A stretch of 64,000 bases of DNA. It comes from Phoronis australis. Taxonomy: Eukaryota > Animalia > Phoronida. The position numbers and the translations under genes are program-made. The DNA is taken from contig NMRA01000270.1 in NCBI GenBank assembly GCA_002633005.1, positions 1 to 64,000 of the forward strand, written 5' to 3'. Positions 13,801-25,714 of this stretch are shown here, one piece after another; the first letter of the stretch is position 1, and each line of letters opens with the position of its first letter. The notes below the pieces were generated by a model. It made no database searches, was not told the origin of the DNA, and was given only the letters and a program-made list of their open reading frames with translations.

Positions 13801-15900
13801 TTTTCCTTAGGTTGTTTATCCTTGGGGTGCAAGAGTTTTTGTCTCAAAGTGCGAGCAGGTTTGAAAGACGTGGCGATATCAAATGTCTTGAACACAGATC
13901 ATAATTGTTCCGAAAGTCTTTCGATGTTGTTTGTTTCCAATCTGGGTATTATACCAGGGGCGGATCCAGGATTTTGAGTTAGGGAGAGCCACAGCAGATT
14001 ATTAGCCAGGATTTTGCCCGTCAGACATTCGCAGCCCCCAACTGCCACATGGGATCTGGGAGAATTTTAGGGGGAGCCGTGGCCCCCTTGGCCCCCCTCT
14101 AAATCCGCCACTGTATACTGGTAACCTTGCTAAAGACCTAACATGGCCGGTATCCGCACCTTTCTAGAGAGTCACGAATGTTGTGTTTCTCTAATGTCCT
14201 GTCATTGTCGTCAAATACAATCAGATCCGCACGGCGATGTAAGTTACGAAGAACACAAAGTTTGTGCTCAATCGGATGATGAGAGCTAACTATCACACAC
14301 CTGGGACAAGAAGATTCTGCCAAAGTTTCCTGCCGATTTTCTCAACTTCGACCTAATCCACCAGAGGTCGCACAGGCTTGAAAAAGCTAGCAGACGCTGG
14401 CGAAACGTTGTCATTTCATCTCGAGTAAGTTCAGTAAGGCCTCATAATTTTCTGCATATTATACTCGTACTGGATGAGTCATAACATACATCGATTTACC
14501 GGTGTTTAAATTCCATGAACACGACAAAGAACGTAATTAATTAGTGTTTTTAAGTGCTTTAGTGTAGTATCCATTTAATTACTTGTTTCTTCACAAAATT
14601 ATCACCCAAATCGTGACAATTCACAATCCTGGTATAAGCTGGTAGTAACCACAGTGAAGAGAATTAGTCTTGCTGAGTCAGGGAATTTAATTACTGCCCT
14701 TCGTTTTTGTAGCCTAACTCGAATAACTCACTATCAAATCCGTCTCCACAGAGGTAGTCGAACAGTGTTGTGATACTGTCCAGTTCGTATCGTTCTTTTT
14801 GAGTACAGTAGCCACGGATTTCGTTCAAGCAGCTCTTCGCTTCCTCGAACTCTCTGTCGACAAAAACCAATGTAAAATAAGACGATGAGCCTGTCGTGTG
14901 TAGCGTGTCTTTGGACGCAGCACACTACAAGCCCTTTGGCAAAACAACACTTAAGCGGCATCGCTGAACTACGAGCAGCAATGGAAAGTATTCGTAAAAA
15001 AAGATTGCAGTTGTACCCGATTCATCGAGTACTGGCTTCTCCAACTGACATCCGTTCTCGGAACCAAACTATGTCAAGCCATATTGATTTCAGAACATAA
15101 ATTAAGGAAACCCGTCATAGCATCCATGTTTATTTAGTAATTAATCGCCAGACCTATTACAGAAGCATACACGTTAAGCTAAGTTTAGTTGAGACGTAAT
15201 GAACGTTGTGCAGCTAGTCAATTTTAGTGGAAAATATTAAGTGGTCTAATTGAGTCTTGTACGTTACCGAAGACGGGAGCATAACACTGAAAACTAAATT
15301 ACATCCTTTTGAGTTATTCTAAATTCAACTTCTGTACAAAACAATAGGAATTTTTAAATTACCTTTATCTTAAAAAATCCAATCTACACTGGCAAAGTCT
15401 TCCATACTTTCGTCTGAAAACATGACCAAACTCGGCGTTTGTTGATGTTTTGGTGAGTTTGACAACAGCCGTCTAGCTAATTCTGGCAAACTGGTCGCGT
15501 TTGGCAACACGTCTGCACCTGCAAAGTCGATCAAACTCTAATTTGGCCGAGTTTGCAAACAGAACGTTTGCCGGAGTTGGACGCGAAAAAAGATATGCAC
15601 GTCAGGTGAATCACTCACTTACCTGCAGACATTTCTAAACTCTCCTGGTGTGTAGCTGGGAATCTGTCCTCCCTGAGCGGCGGTCGCCACGCTCATCATG
15701 TCACCAAGGCATGTCTTCACCGAAGACTCGGAACAGTCATCGTAACTTGCAGCCGACGCCAGGCTTACAGTCACTGCAATGTGAACGTTGCGAGAAATGG
15801 AGTTAGAAGGAAGAAACTTTAAACAAAAGACATCGGCTTAAAATGACTGAATGTTGTAAACTTACTAGAAATTTCCTAACGCCAAAACCTTCGTAAACAT
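10824..15900 (-). CDS. Secreted, probably GPI-anchored protein with two tandem 6-Cys helical modules (neuritin/DUF19-like), ~221 aa, 5 exons
   Basis: Exons (minus): 15900-15866, 15773-15623, 14853-14732, 11983-11842, 11040-10824. Exons 2-5 join in phase via GT-AG: ..TVSLASAASYDDCSESSVKTCLGDMMSVATAAQGGQIPSYTPGEFRNVCREFEEAKSCLNEIRGYCTQKERYELDSITTLFDYLCGDGFDIYIENNECLFKKELEDQLQVCLDKYGEQSQSLKFSYGSAREKLNKLCRYTNDYIGCAGNVAGESCGASARGLIVESAKLVFSMVFKQASFDCVINAGVGPTLTYWTLVVAGFLLLKNLY*. It has 12 Cys, three per exon, and a hydrophobic C-terminal tail. Exon 1 (MFTKVLALG..) is 35 nt, one base out of phase. Confidence 0.8.
11471..11663. mobile_element. Small TIR element (MITE)
   Basis: Inverted termini AGCATGCGCGCAACCCAG / CTGGGTACGCGCATGCT; no clear TSD. 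Confidence 0.5.
12761..12916. mobile_element. 156-bp hAT-type MITE, copy 1
   Basis: 14-bp TIR CAGTGCTGTAGTGG/CCACTACAGCACTG and a perfect 8-bp TSD CAGGTGAC (12753-12760, 12917-12924). Confidence 0.9.
13340..14465 (-). mobile_element. Penelope-like retroelement relic (GIY-YIG endonuclease region) with inverted pseudo-LTRs
   Basis: Minus-strand peptides SHHPIEHKLCVLRNLHRRADLIV..CGY and FKPARTLRQKLLHPKDKQPKEKIANTVYGIQCGECSETYVEETK..RLSQHRR are typical of the PLE C-terminal/GIY-YIG region. 13340-13503 is an inverted repeat of 14297-14463. Confidence 0.85.
13955..14113. mobile_element. hAT-like MITE nested in the Penelope relic
   Basis: TIR CAGGGGCGGAT/ATCCGCCACTG, with a partial TSD (TATAC on both sides). 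Related ends occur at 1-33 and ~6050-6103. Confidence 0.7.
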
Positions 15901-18900
15901 GTTGACGGCGATGTTCTTTGACCGGCATGAGCTAATATAGAGATACGTGCAAAAGAGCGTCATCCTGTTAATTGTTTTCGAGACTGGATACCCCACATTT
16001 GCAGGGTGTTTCTCATTCACGACGTCAGCCGAGTTTATACAATTTCACATGCACTAAAACATAGACATTTCATGTATGCGCAGGAAACTTCACAAGGAGC
16101 GCACAGTGTATAAAGTGTTACACTCTGGACCGCTTTGTCAAGTAACAGATGGTATTTCATCCTAAGTCAGGTATTCGACCAGGGGCATTACTACGGAGAG
16201 AAAATATATATATAGTCAGTGCCAAATTAACGATTTGCGAAGCCCTAAGCTATCAAAAGTCTGGGGGCTTTCACCGACTAATCTGAGGTATTATGTGGAC
16301 CTATGTAGTTCAGTTCTTGCAATATTAAACGGAATAAAATAAACAATTTGAAAGTTGAAATGACCGGTAAAGTTCTCAGTTTTAACTAGCGAGCACTTTT
16401 CCGAAAGCACACAATTAGCTCATGAGCGTTAAACGTAACACGGCAGTCTATTTGCTCTTTTTACGATTATGCGAAGTTCTGTTCAGTTGATTTTAGCGCG
16501 GAAAACTCTCCAATTTTATCTTTGTAATCAAGACTTCTTAACGGTTTCCTCTCTATGCACATCATAACTAACACACATAGTTTTCCTGTAACATCGTTGA
16601 TCTAAGTACACTTTTTATTCGTTTAATTTTTGAAAATGGACTCTCTCAAGAGCAATTAGTGAACATGAGACACAAAAACATTTCTGACACAGATTCTACG
16701 TTTGGAAACGCTGACTTAATTCGATCTCTGCAGATTATTTGATAAAAGCCCTTGAAATCTTTTTGGCCATCGCATGTGCGATTTTATTCCATCTATTGGG
16801 CAGTCTGTACCATACCCTTGACAAAGAGCGCATAGCTCGAATAGTGGGGAATATTTTAATATATTTTAGTACCGACGCTCGTCGTTTTATTTTTACATAA
16901 CTATTTTTACTACTTTATAGGGCTATTCTGTTTCATGTAAGCACGGATATGCTGCACTTCAATAATTCCACAAGGAGCAGAATTTCACCAATTGGAAAAG
17001 CCGCTTTTGTTTCATTTTTTATGCCACGATTAACATTGAAAACGCCAACATCTAGACCTCATTATGAAGCCACACAAAGCTTGTTAGGTCAAGCTGAAAT
17101 CGTAAACCGAAGTGGAATAAATCATGATAGCATGGACATTTTCAATATTCAGAGGATAGGAGTGGTTAGGTTTACTATTGCCCAGATCAGAACTTGAGAT
17201 AACTTTGCCTCTTCCACCTAACACCTATCCCCACGTTAGCTGTTGCCCCCAACCGCAGCTATATCTACGTTGCTGCCGCTCCCCTCACAGCTCCAGCTAC
17301 GACACTGGCACAGTTAGGGGATTCGGTTCCCCTCCCCGAGGACACGACCAGAAAACCCAGTGGACATGACGTTTTAGGTACTACGTGGACATTTTCCCTT
17401 CAAAAATTGTGGTTGAGCCTCCCTTACGACACCCGTGATCAGCTAGTGGCTACACGTACTCTGGCCATACTATTCCGGAAAACCTACTCGCAACAACAAA
17501 GCCAAAACACTCGGCATCGGAGCCGATGGCTTTAGTGAGTGGACTGAAGGCAACTCGCTACGAACCTCTCCAAAAACGGAGTCCTTGTTTTGAAATTAAC
17601 GTAAGAACACCAGTAGCCTAATAAAGAGCACCATTAAAATGGTTGATTATCAAGCGATCTGGTAATGCAAACGCAGGTCCCCCATTTTACAGAGGCTGTT
17701 GTAAGTAATGAATAAACGGGTATGGTGATGATTATTGGAAATCGACGGTGAAGTCTAAAATCTCAGTGTTCGTCAGTAAACTGATGTGTTTGACGTGGTT
17801 TGGCCTTGTGCGGACGAATACTCTAGGGAAGTCGCTTAATTATAAAAATTCTAGAACCATAAGGTGGTAGGACAGAAGTGATCAGACAGTTATAATTTTT
17901 TTTATTCTGCGTGGTGTCGTCACCTACACCAGATAAAATCCAAGTCTTCAATGCGACTTTAACACCCATGTGGTATTGGCCTCACTTACCGCCTAATTTC
18001 AGAAAGTAAGACTCAGGGTGTGTATTCGGGAAAACCATTTTTAAATGCTTAGTACCCCAAACAGTATGCCCCGGGACATTTTAGGAAACGGGGACATTCG
18101 TAAAAACTGAACACGCATGACAAATCAGGTCGTGATGGGTGTTTGCCCCGGCGATGCCGCTCCGGTTTACAAACCTTGCAGCAGTTACCCGTGGTGACCT
18201 GGTGAAGCCCGGAGTCCATTCCCGGGGTATGATAGAAACAGTAAAGACGAGTAACGTTCTCCGGTAGTGGCTTGTAATGGGAACTGTAAGGGAAGCCACA
18301 GTCCTTCGAAAGGGCGTCACTCTGAAAGGGTTCACTTCATACTGAGATTCACAAGTACACTCTCTTAAGGTTTTGCGCGATTGGACACTGAAAAGACTCA
18401 ACACAAACTTGTTTATTGACTTTTAATCCAATTCTATATTAAATCCAACCTTTGATGGGATAAAGCACCAGCAAAAAAGGTCATGGGGAATGACTTTTTC
18501 TTCTTGAGCTCCCATTGATCTTGCTTCCTCAGTCACTATAAATGGTTCGTCGTGTTTACTTTTTATAAGCGTAAGTGTCTTCAATATTTCAAAAGCGGCG
18601 CATCCTCGTCAAAATACAGGAATCAGCAGCTAGTCCCTCCGCACTGGATACGGCTAACGCCAGTTAACCTAGGCAACACCTCCGTTGGCTTGCCTGCAGT
18701 TTTCAGGGTGATCGATATAACCCACAAGGTATCGGTCATTACTGTACGTACATGTCAGACATGTTGCATAACACGAGCTGGGCATTTTACAATCAGTGTG
18801 CATAAACCTCATATGTATTGGTCTGAGCTGTGCTAAGTTATAACTGACCTGAGGTAAGAACAAAGCATTCGCAGTAACGTGTAGGTCTGTGCAGGTCAGC

Positions 18901-19033
18901 ATGGTTCCGACCTATATTGAACACCATGTCGATCGTGGGTGAGATGGCGATTCAATTAAAGCTCTTTTAAATTCTTTGGGGTGACCACTACTTTCAATTT
19001 TAAGCAAGGCATAACTTCAGCTGTTTTGATATT

Positions 19034-19188
19034 TCATGAGCGGCGCAGCAGTGAAAAAAGTGGAAGACTATAGCCTCCCAGCCCCCTTCTGTGGTACACC
19101 GCGCATAGACCATGGGCATCGGAGCACTGACAAAAGTGGGGGGGGGGGCTATAGCCCCTCCCCAGCCCCATATGGTGCACCGCCTATG
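19034..19188. mobile_element. Bipartite hAT-like MITE (CATGGGCGGCGCA-type TIR)
   Basis: Termini CATGAGCGGCGCA/TGCACCGCCTATG; similar copy at 52411-52545. Confidence 0.6.
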
Positions 19189-20739
19189 CAATTATACAGC
19201 AGTTTGTTCTGGTGTTGGTTTAGTCACTTAAGTGAGCAGGGATTTGGTCCGGAATTCAAATAGCCAATAGGCCAACACGGGAAACGGGGACGGCACGACA
19301 TACTGAATTAACTAAAATCGCACTTTCACATTTATTACCTGCACATAAACTTTCAAGCAAATTTTCGAAAACATTTTGCTCGCTCTTAAGTAGGTCACGA
19401 CACTTACCTGATAAGATGATGTACAACGTGATGTACCCCATATCTGTGACCAAGTAAATGATCGACTTCACTGGTGACTGGCGGCAGGCAGTTGTCAGTC
19501 AAATATGTGATCATTCTCACAGTATGTGATTGGTTGTTGGTGCGGGGTCAATAGGTCAGGTCCATGGGTTGGTTTTGGGTCTAGCCGGCCTCATGCAAGC
19601 CACACTGCATCCGTATGAAGTCAATGATGCTGTTGCCATCCAGCCAGCGTCTCATCAAAGAAGAAAAACGCCATCGCCTTCCAGCCAGTTCCACGCCGAT
19701 CGTTCCACGTCCACACAAAGTACAGCGAGGACAGAAGGCGAGATTATCCGATCTTGCGAAGCTGTCCGAGGTCTTCGCCCTTATCTCTCTAGTCGTGGGC
19801 TGTAACCGTGAGCTAGATAAGGTCTCCGTGACGGGAAAAAAAGTGACCGACGATTAAACCTTATCACTGGTACTGGCCTCCATTCTAACTCGCATATCAA
19901 AAAGCAGGCTTTGTCAACTAGTAAGAGTGTATATTTTCTGAAAGATAAAATATTATGGATTATAAAAATATATATTATATCTATATGTCATAATTATTGC
20001 ATTAACACCTTTTTAAGTCGAAATTCTATTTTTAAGAAAGGTACATTCATAGCAAGATATAGACATTTACATCGCCCTGGGCGATAGTACACCTCCATAG
20101 TCATTTCAAGTGTGTTGCCTAACCAAAATAAGGCCTCAAGACTTGAACTGTCGACATCACGCCGGGTTACGAAAACAGATGAATGCAATCATAATTATTC
20201 ATTGAATGATTAATTATTATTATTGCTTAAAGGTATTATTGCCATTCGAAAACGATATGAAAACCCATGAAAACCGCTGACTACTCGTTGGCTTTGAGCT
20301 TTCGGAAAGTATGCAACCGATATCTCATTTGCACATATATTTTTTTAAATTTATTACCGGTTTGCTCTCTTGAAGTCTCACTTCGATCAAATCACTCGCG
20401 AGATCTTACCTATCATGTTTTGTGGTTTACTTTGAAAAAATATCATTACCACCCGACCTATATTAGTGCCCTACCAAAACAGCCGAGACATTCTGTTCGA
20501 GATTAACAATTTGCTGTATTTATCAAGTATCCACTTGTTTCAATTATTCCAAACCAACTTGTTGGTGATGAACAGCGGAGGTACCAAACTGACTGGCACT
20601 ACAAACAAATATCTATCCACTGGATTTTTGCTTGCTATTTGTTGTCCAAAAGGGATAAGAAATCCACGCCGTGTCGTGGTTTCATTATGATGTCGAATTA
20701 TCAGCTCTGGTCGCCTGTAGCACTCACTGTAACCATGTC

Positions 20740-20895
20740 CAGTGCTGTAGTGGTAAAATTAGAGGTAAGTAGGCGCCCAAATCCAACCGTATCACCTTAA
20801 GCACTGAACGTAGCTTACGATGCGTAGGCGCTACGTTCAAATGCCAAAAGGTGGTTGGCTGCGCCTGCGTGCGCCTACGCCCCACTACAGCACTG
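20740..20895. mobile_element. 156-bp hAT-type MITE, copy 2
   Basis: Same TIR and length as 12761-12916, with a different perfect 8-bp TSD ACCATGTC (20732-20739, 20896-20903). Confidence 0.9.
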
Positions 20896-20917
20896 ACCAT
20901 GTCTTATACGTAACAAG

Positions 20918-22211
20918 GTGTTTCATCGAAACTGAAACCCCGGTGTAGTAAAACAAGTATCCCGGAGTCGAAATCAGACTCCCGCACCTTCAAGACAACT
21001 AAGCAGCCCGACAAACACGAACCCCCGCGATCTTCAAAAACAGGAATCCCTTGGATCAGACAGGACAGCCGAGGACCGAAACACTACACCTGCACTTTCT
21101 GTCAAACATGGTTTATTCGGCTCAAGAAAAAAATACCTTTAAAGTGCCTTGTGTTTATATGACATGTATCAATTTCGCATTTTGATGAAAAAACAAATCT
21201 CCCTATTTTAAATTGTTGTTGTGATTTGTTGTTTAACTGTATGGTGAGAATTTTAGACAACTTATGAGTGATTGGCGTTCCATCGTTATTCTGTTGCTTA
21301 AGTTATGGTGCGATCTTTTTGCTCCTGCTTTCCGCGCCATGAAGTATTGCGTCACCTATTGGCCTGTTTCTTTTTTCCTCAATTCTTCGATCAACTGTTC
21401 TTCTTCCACGACGTTGTCTACATGTCACTACAAATTATCGGAACTGGTTTCATTTCGTTACACGTTTTTAGTACTAGCAAACCGATGAATTTTGGAACAG
21501 TGGTGCACCAAAGTAGAATGTGAATGCGTTGAGTTCAGAAATTCCGATTCCAAATTCCGTTTTTAAAGATCGATGAGGAGTTGAAGTACACTTTTTCGAG
21601 GGCAAAAACGGTGGAATTGGAGGTCTTTTGAGTAATCCATTTCAAAATCCAGAATAATATTGGTTGTGCAGGAAATAATGTACTTTCGACAAGTAAGTCG
21701 ACAAACCCTAACATGAGGCCAGTTATAAAGATGTTTAAAAGAATCAATCACCAACAGCACTCAAAAGTCGAAATAATATTTTTGTTTTTTCATTCTTGAA
21801 AAACTTTTTGGAGAAAATATTGAATAATCTGAAATTATCTCAATATTGACCATGATAACAACGTGTTGACAGTATCGAACTGTTGAAATTCGACCTCAGA
21901 CAAGTTTGCGCGATTTTTCCGATAAAAATCAAATAACAAAGTCAATATAGTATATGCTATGTTTTGTTATTGACAGTTTTGACAAGCAAATCAGGAAAAC
22001 AAGTAGAGAGTATTTTAAGATGCTTTAACTCAAGGTTTGAGACTTTTAACTGACATCGTCTCAGAAAATTCGAAAATTGCCCGGGTTTCCTGTTCGATCC
22101 CCGGGCTCGGGGTTCCTCTTTTAAAGGTCGAGGTTCCTGTTTTTCGGGCTCATTAGCTTATTTGAAGGTGCGGGATTGTTTTACACCGGGATTCCAATTT
22201 CGATGGAACAC
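20918..22211. mobile_element. ~1.3-kb non-autonomous element with long (~150 bp) imperfect TIRs
   Basis: GTGTTTCATCGAAA..CCCGGTGTA..GCACCTTCAA..GCCCGA is mirrored at 22085-22211. The internal segment 21280-21490 matches 12640-12990 in inverted orientation. Confidence 0.7.
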
Positions 22212-23531
22212 TCTGCATAGGTAAACCTAAAAATACGTTTAGTATCAGATAGATATGTGTCTGTACTTGTACAGCAGGATTTTATTCATAGTTGGACACA
22301 TTGCCTGGTAACTCTCACCAAATATATGACACCACAACGTCCTATACAACGTCACAGGCGCCACTCTTCTCGACCAATGACATACCGTACAATGCCGCCA
22401 TCTATACCACTATCCGCTCAACATCCTGTTACACTTGTTTCACTCGACTTTACATGATGTATGTTTTTTCCGTATATATGCATTTTGGCCTATGCTGTTA
22501 AAAATCTGCATACACTCTTCATTACCTCAGTATTAAATTACTTTCGTCGATTGGTTTATTATACAGGTTGGCTACTTATTAAACTGATAGTTCTTTTATT
22601 GTATCTAGCCTCAACCACGGATCGACGGACGTGCAAGTTGCTTGGTTGTTTGGTTGCTTGCTTACGACTGAATGGTGCTTATGTACCTACTAGAACGGAC
22701 AGACGTTCTGAACTCATTTTTCACTTGTGGCTGAGGTTAGACACCTACGACAGGAGACAGTTTTTTGTTTTTGTTTAGTTTTAGGGTTCACCGAAACCGT
22801 TGAACAATGTTTTATAATGCAGGTAACTAGTAATTAACCGAACATTGAAAAAATAACTGCTTTTCAAAGTTGTTACTGCAGCTCAGGCTGCTGCGAGACG
22901 TGATAACTCATAGTAGGCATGCATGAACTCACAAGTCCAGTTTTCAAAATTAGTCGTAGCAAACTGAACCCAGTTTTGGCCTAGTATTAAATAAAATAAA
23001 ATTTACTAGTCAATGATGCATCAACAGTAGACAGAACCGCTAGGATTGGTGGAAATCATCAAAACAGGGTTTATTATCATTTTAATCAAAAACTTGTTCC
23101 TCAGTTAATTTAGTGAAACTTTGCATTAGACCTAAGTATCTCAGTTTTGTGTGGACTTGAACACTGATCTTGTTTTAGTTCTGAAAACTTCATAGTTTGT
23201 CACTGAAAACTCAGGCTTGCAGTTTTAGAAATCATGTTTTAAAATATCAAGTTTGTTCCAAAAATTTTCAAAATACGTAGGCCTAACGATACGAACTGAT
23301 CGGGGTGTCCTCGTTGACTTAATTTTATTCCGGTTTATGTTTCAAAGTGTTTATTTGGTTTTAACTTAATAGATAGACATCTTGCAGGGTTTCTTTATCT
23401 GTTTTCTTTCAAAAACACAATCGTCGAGACATTAGCTGACTGTTACTGTTATTAGCCAAGGCCGAAGTCGGACGCTTTATTGGCCGAAGATCGGAAATAT
23501 CACAAATCGCGCCCTCATGCGAGCGTCAGGT

Positions 23532-23767
23532 GTCATGTGATATGTCACGGGACACGCTTGTACAAAATAAGTAGAAAAACTACAAAAGTATTTTATAAAA
23601 TTATCAATATTTTTAAAGTATATTCTAATTTTGCACATTGAAAAATATTAATAATATTATAATAGGAATATTTTTAGGTATATAACTCTATTTTATGTAT
23701 TAGTGGCTTTTTATTTTGTTTCTTTTGTTTCATTCAATTTTCTATGCTGTGCACCTTGTCATGTGAT
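23532..23767. promoter_or_regulatory. CLEAR/M-box-like motifs upstream of cathepsin L
   Basis: GTCATGTGAT at 23532 and 23758; GTCACGGGAC (one mismatch to GTCACGTGAC) at 23544. Confidence 0.35.
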
Positions 23768-24455
23768 AAACTTTTGTTTGCGAAGTTTTGTTGAATCATA
23801 GGTTGAATAAGACCTCAATCGACCAGGGAGATTTCTTGCTGTTGGACGCTTTATCTTTGCTAAAGGTTTGCGTATTTTGTGTTCGCCTTTGATTCCAGAC
23901 TACTTTATCTGTACGTGTCATTTTTGCCAGTATTGTGACGTTCTGTGTGAGTGCACTGCCACGCACTTGTTTCGTCATTCGTGAGTTGTGACCCCAGTCC
24001 GAAGGCGGAGTCTATCTCTATCTCTCTAAGTCTAAGGTCACTTCACACTTGCAAACTTGTTCTGAAATCATGTTAGTTTACCAGTTACCCAGATTAAGAA
24101 GTTTCACTTCTGAAGTGGACTATTGTTTTAAATTCTTAATTATGTTGTATACTGGGGAACCCAATGTTCGTCCGCCTAAGCATTAGGCAATGACCATCGC
24201 CTCTGTTGGCCCGAAGCAGAGGCGATGTAGAGGCTATAGGCGCTCTGTATGCCGGAAGCTTTTCGGCGAATTATGCCTCGCACCGACTAAACCATCAAAG
24301 TCACGTTGTTACAAATACCTTTTGCGCATAGAGGAACACCTTAGGAGGTTGTCGATGTGTTTAATTCCTTCCAACTCGAACAAATACTCCCGTTATGAAA
24401 CTTTTTCTTCGAGCAGTCCCTATTTCAGTTCCCAAAATCGTGAACTCAACTTTTT

Positions 24456-25391
24456 NNNNNNNNNNNNNNNNNNNNNNNNNNNNNNNNNNNNNNNNNNNNN
24501 NNNNNNNNNNNNNNNNNNNNNNNNNNNNNNNNNNNNNNNNNNNNNNNNNNNNNNNNNNNNNNNNNNNNNNNNNNNNNNNNNNNNNNNNNNNNNNNNNNNN
24601 NNNNNNNNNNNNNNNNNNNNNNNNNNNNNNNNNNNNNNNNNNNNNNNNNNNNNNNNNNNNNNNNNNNNNNNNNNNNNNNNNNNNNNNNNNNNNNNNNNNN
24701 NNNNNNNNNNNNNNNNNNNNNNNNNNNNNNNNNNNNNNNNNNNNNNNNNNNNNNNNNNNNNNNNNNNNNNNNNNNNNNNNNNNNNNNNNNNNNNNNNNNN
24801 NNNNNNNNNNNNNNNNNNNNNNNNNNNNNNNNNNNNNNNNNNNNNNNNNNNNNNNNNNNNNNNNNNNNNNNNNNNNNNNNNNNNNNNNNNNNNNNNNNNN
24901 NNNNNNNNNNNNNNNNNNNNNNNNNNNNNNNNNNNNNNNNNNNNNNNNNNNNNNNNNNNNNNNNNNNNNNNNNNNNNNNNNNNNNNNNNNNNNNNNNNNN
25001 NNNNNNNNNNNNNNNNNNNNNNNNNNNNNNNNNNNNNNNNNNNNNNNNNNNNNNNNNNNNNNNNNNNNNNNNNNNNNNNNNNNNNNNNNNNNNNNNNNNN
25101 NNNNNNNNNNNNNNNNNNNNNNNNNNNNNNNNNNNNNNNNNNNNNNNNNNNNNNNNNNNNNNNNNNNNNNNNNNNNNNNNNNNNNNNNNNNNNNNNNNNN
25201 NNNNNNNNNNNNNNNNNNNNNNNNNNNNNNNNNNNNNNNNNNNNNNNNNNNNNNNNNNNNNNNNNNNNNNNNNNNNNNNNNNNNNNNNNNNNNNNNNNNN
25301 NNNNNNNNNNNNNNNNNNNNNNNNNNNNNNNNNNNNNNNNNNNNNNNNNNNNNNNNNNNNNNNNNNNNNNNNNNNNNNNNNNNNNNNNNNN
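24456..25391. other. Assembly gap
   Basis: Run of N. Confidence 1.
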
Positions 25392-25658
25392 NGATACATT
25401 GCATAAACAAACCCTGGATCATGTTTTGTGTCCCGTCGGAAGAAAATTTAAATTCGAAAACATCTTCTGAAAACGCACAAAAAAGTGTATTAGTAAAATC
25501 TACTGATTTTTAAGTGGTTTTAAAAAACAATCGGTAAACTCACCGATTTTTGTCTCATTACTTTGATACGTGTCTCTTCCGATAAGTTAGTACCTAACGT
25601 GCAGACGAGCACTCCAAATTGGAACGCTAAGTCCCGCGTGGTTGCGCTGCACGCGAAA

Positions 25659-25714
25659 CAAGATGGCGGACGAACTTTGGAGCCTGACGAAAATAGGTAA
25701 CCGGACTATATAAG
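25659..25714 (+). promoter_or_regulatory. Candidate cathepsin L proximal promoter motifs (YY1-like, TATA-like)
   Basis: CAAGATGGCGG at 25659 and TATATAA at ~25707-25713. The first coding exon has a splice acceptor 5 nt before the ATG, so a 5' UTR exon must lie upstream. Confidence 0.35.

Noticed and set aside
17985-18060. Minus-strand FPEYTP..|GTAAGT resembling the end of exon 2 of the neuritin-like gene
   Set aside because: In-frame stop, no cysteines, and similarity too short to call a paralog.
18552-19860. GC-richer stretches with 77-94-codon ORFs on both strands
   Set aside because: No family motif recognised and no consistent exon chain; cannot be supported without a search.
24190-25513. 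Long ORFs of 317-426 aa
   Set aside because: Artefacts of translating through the N gap.
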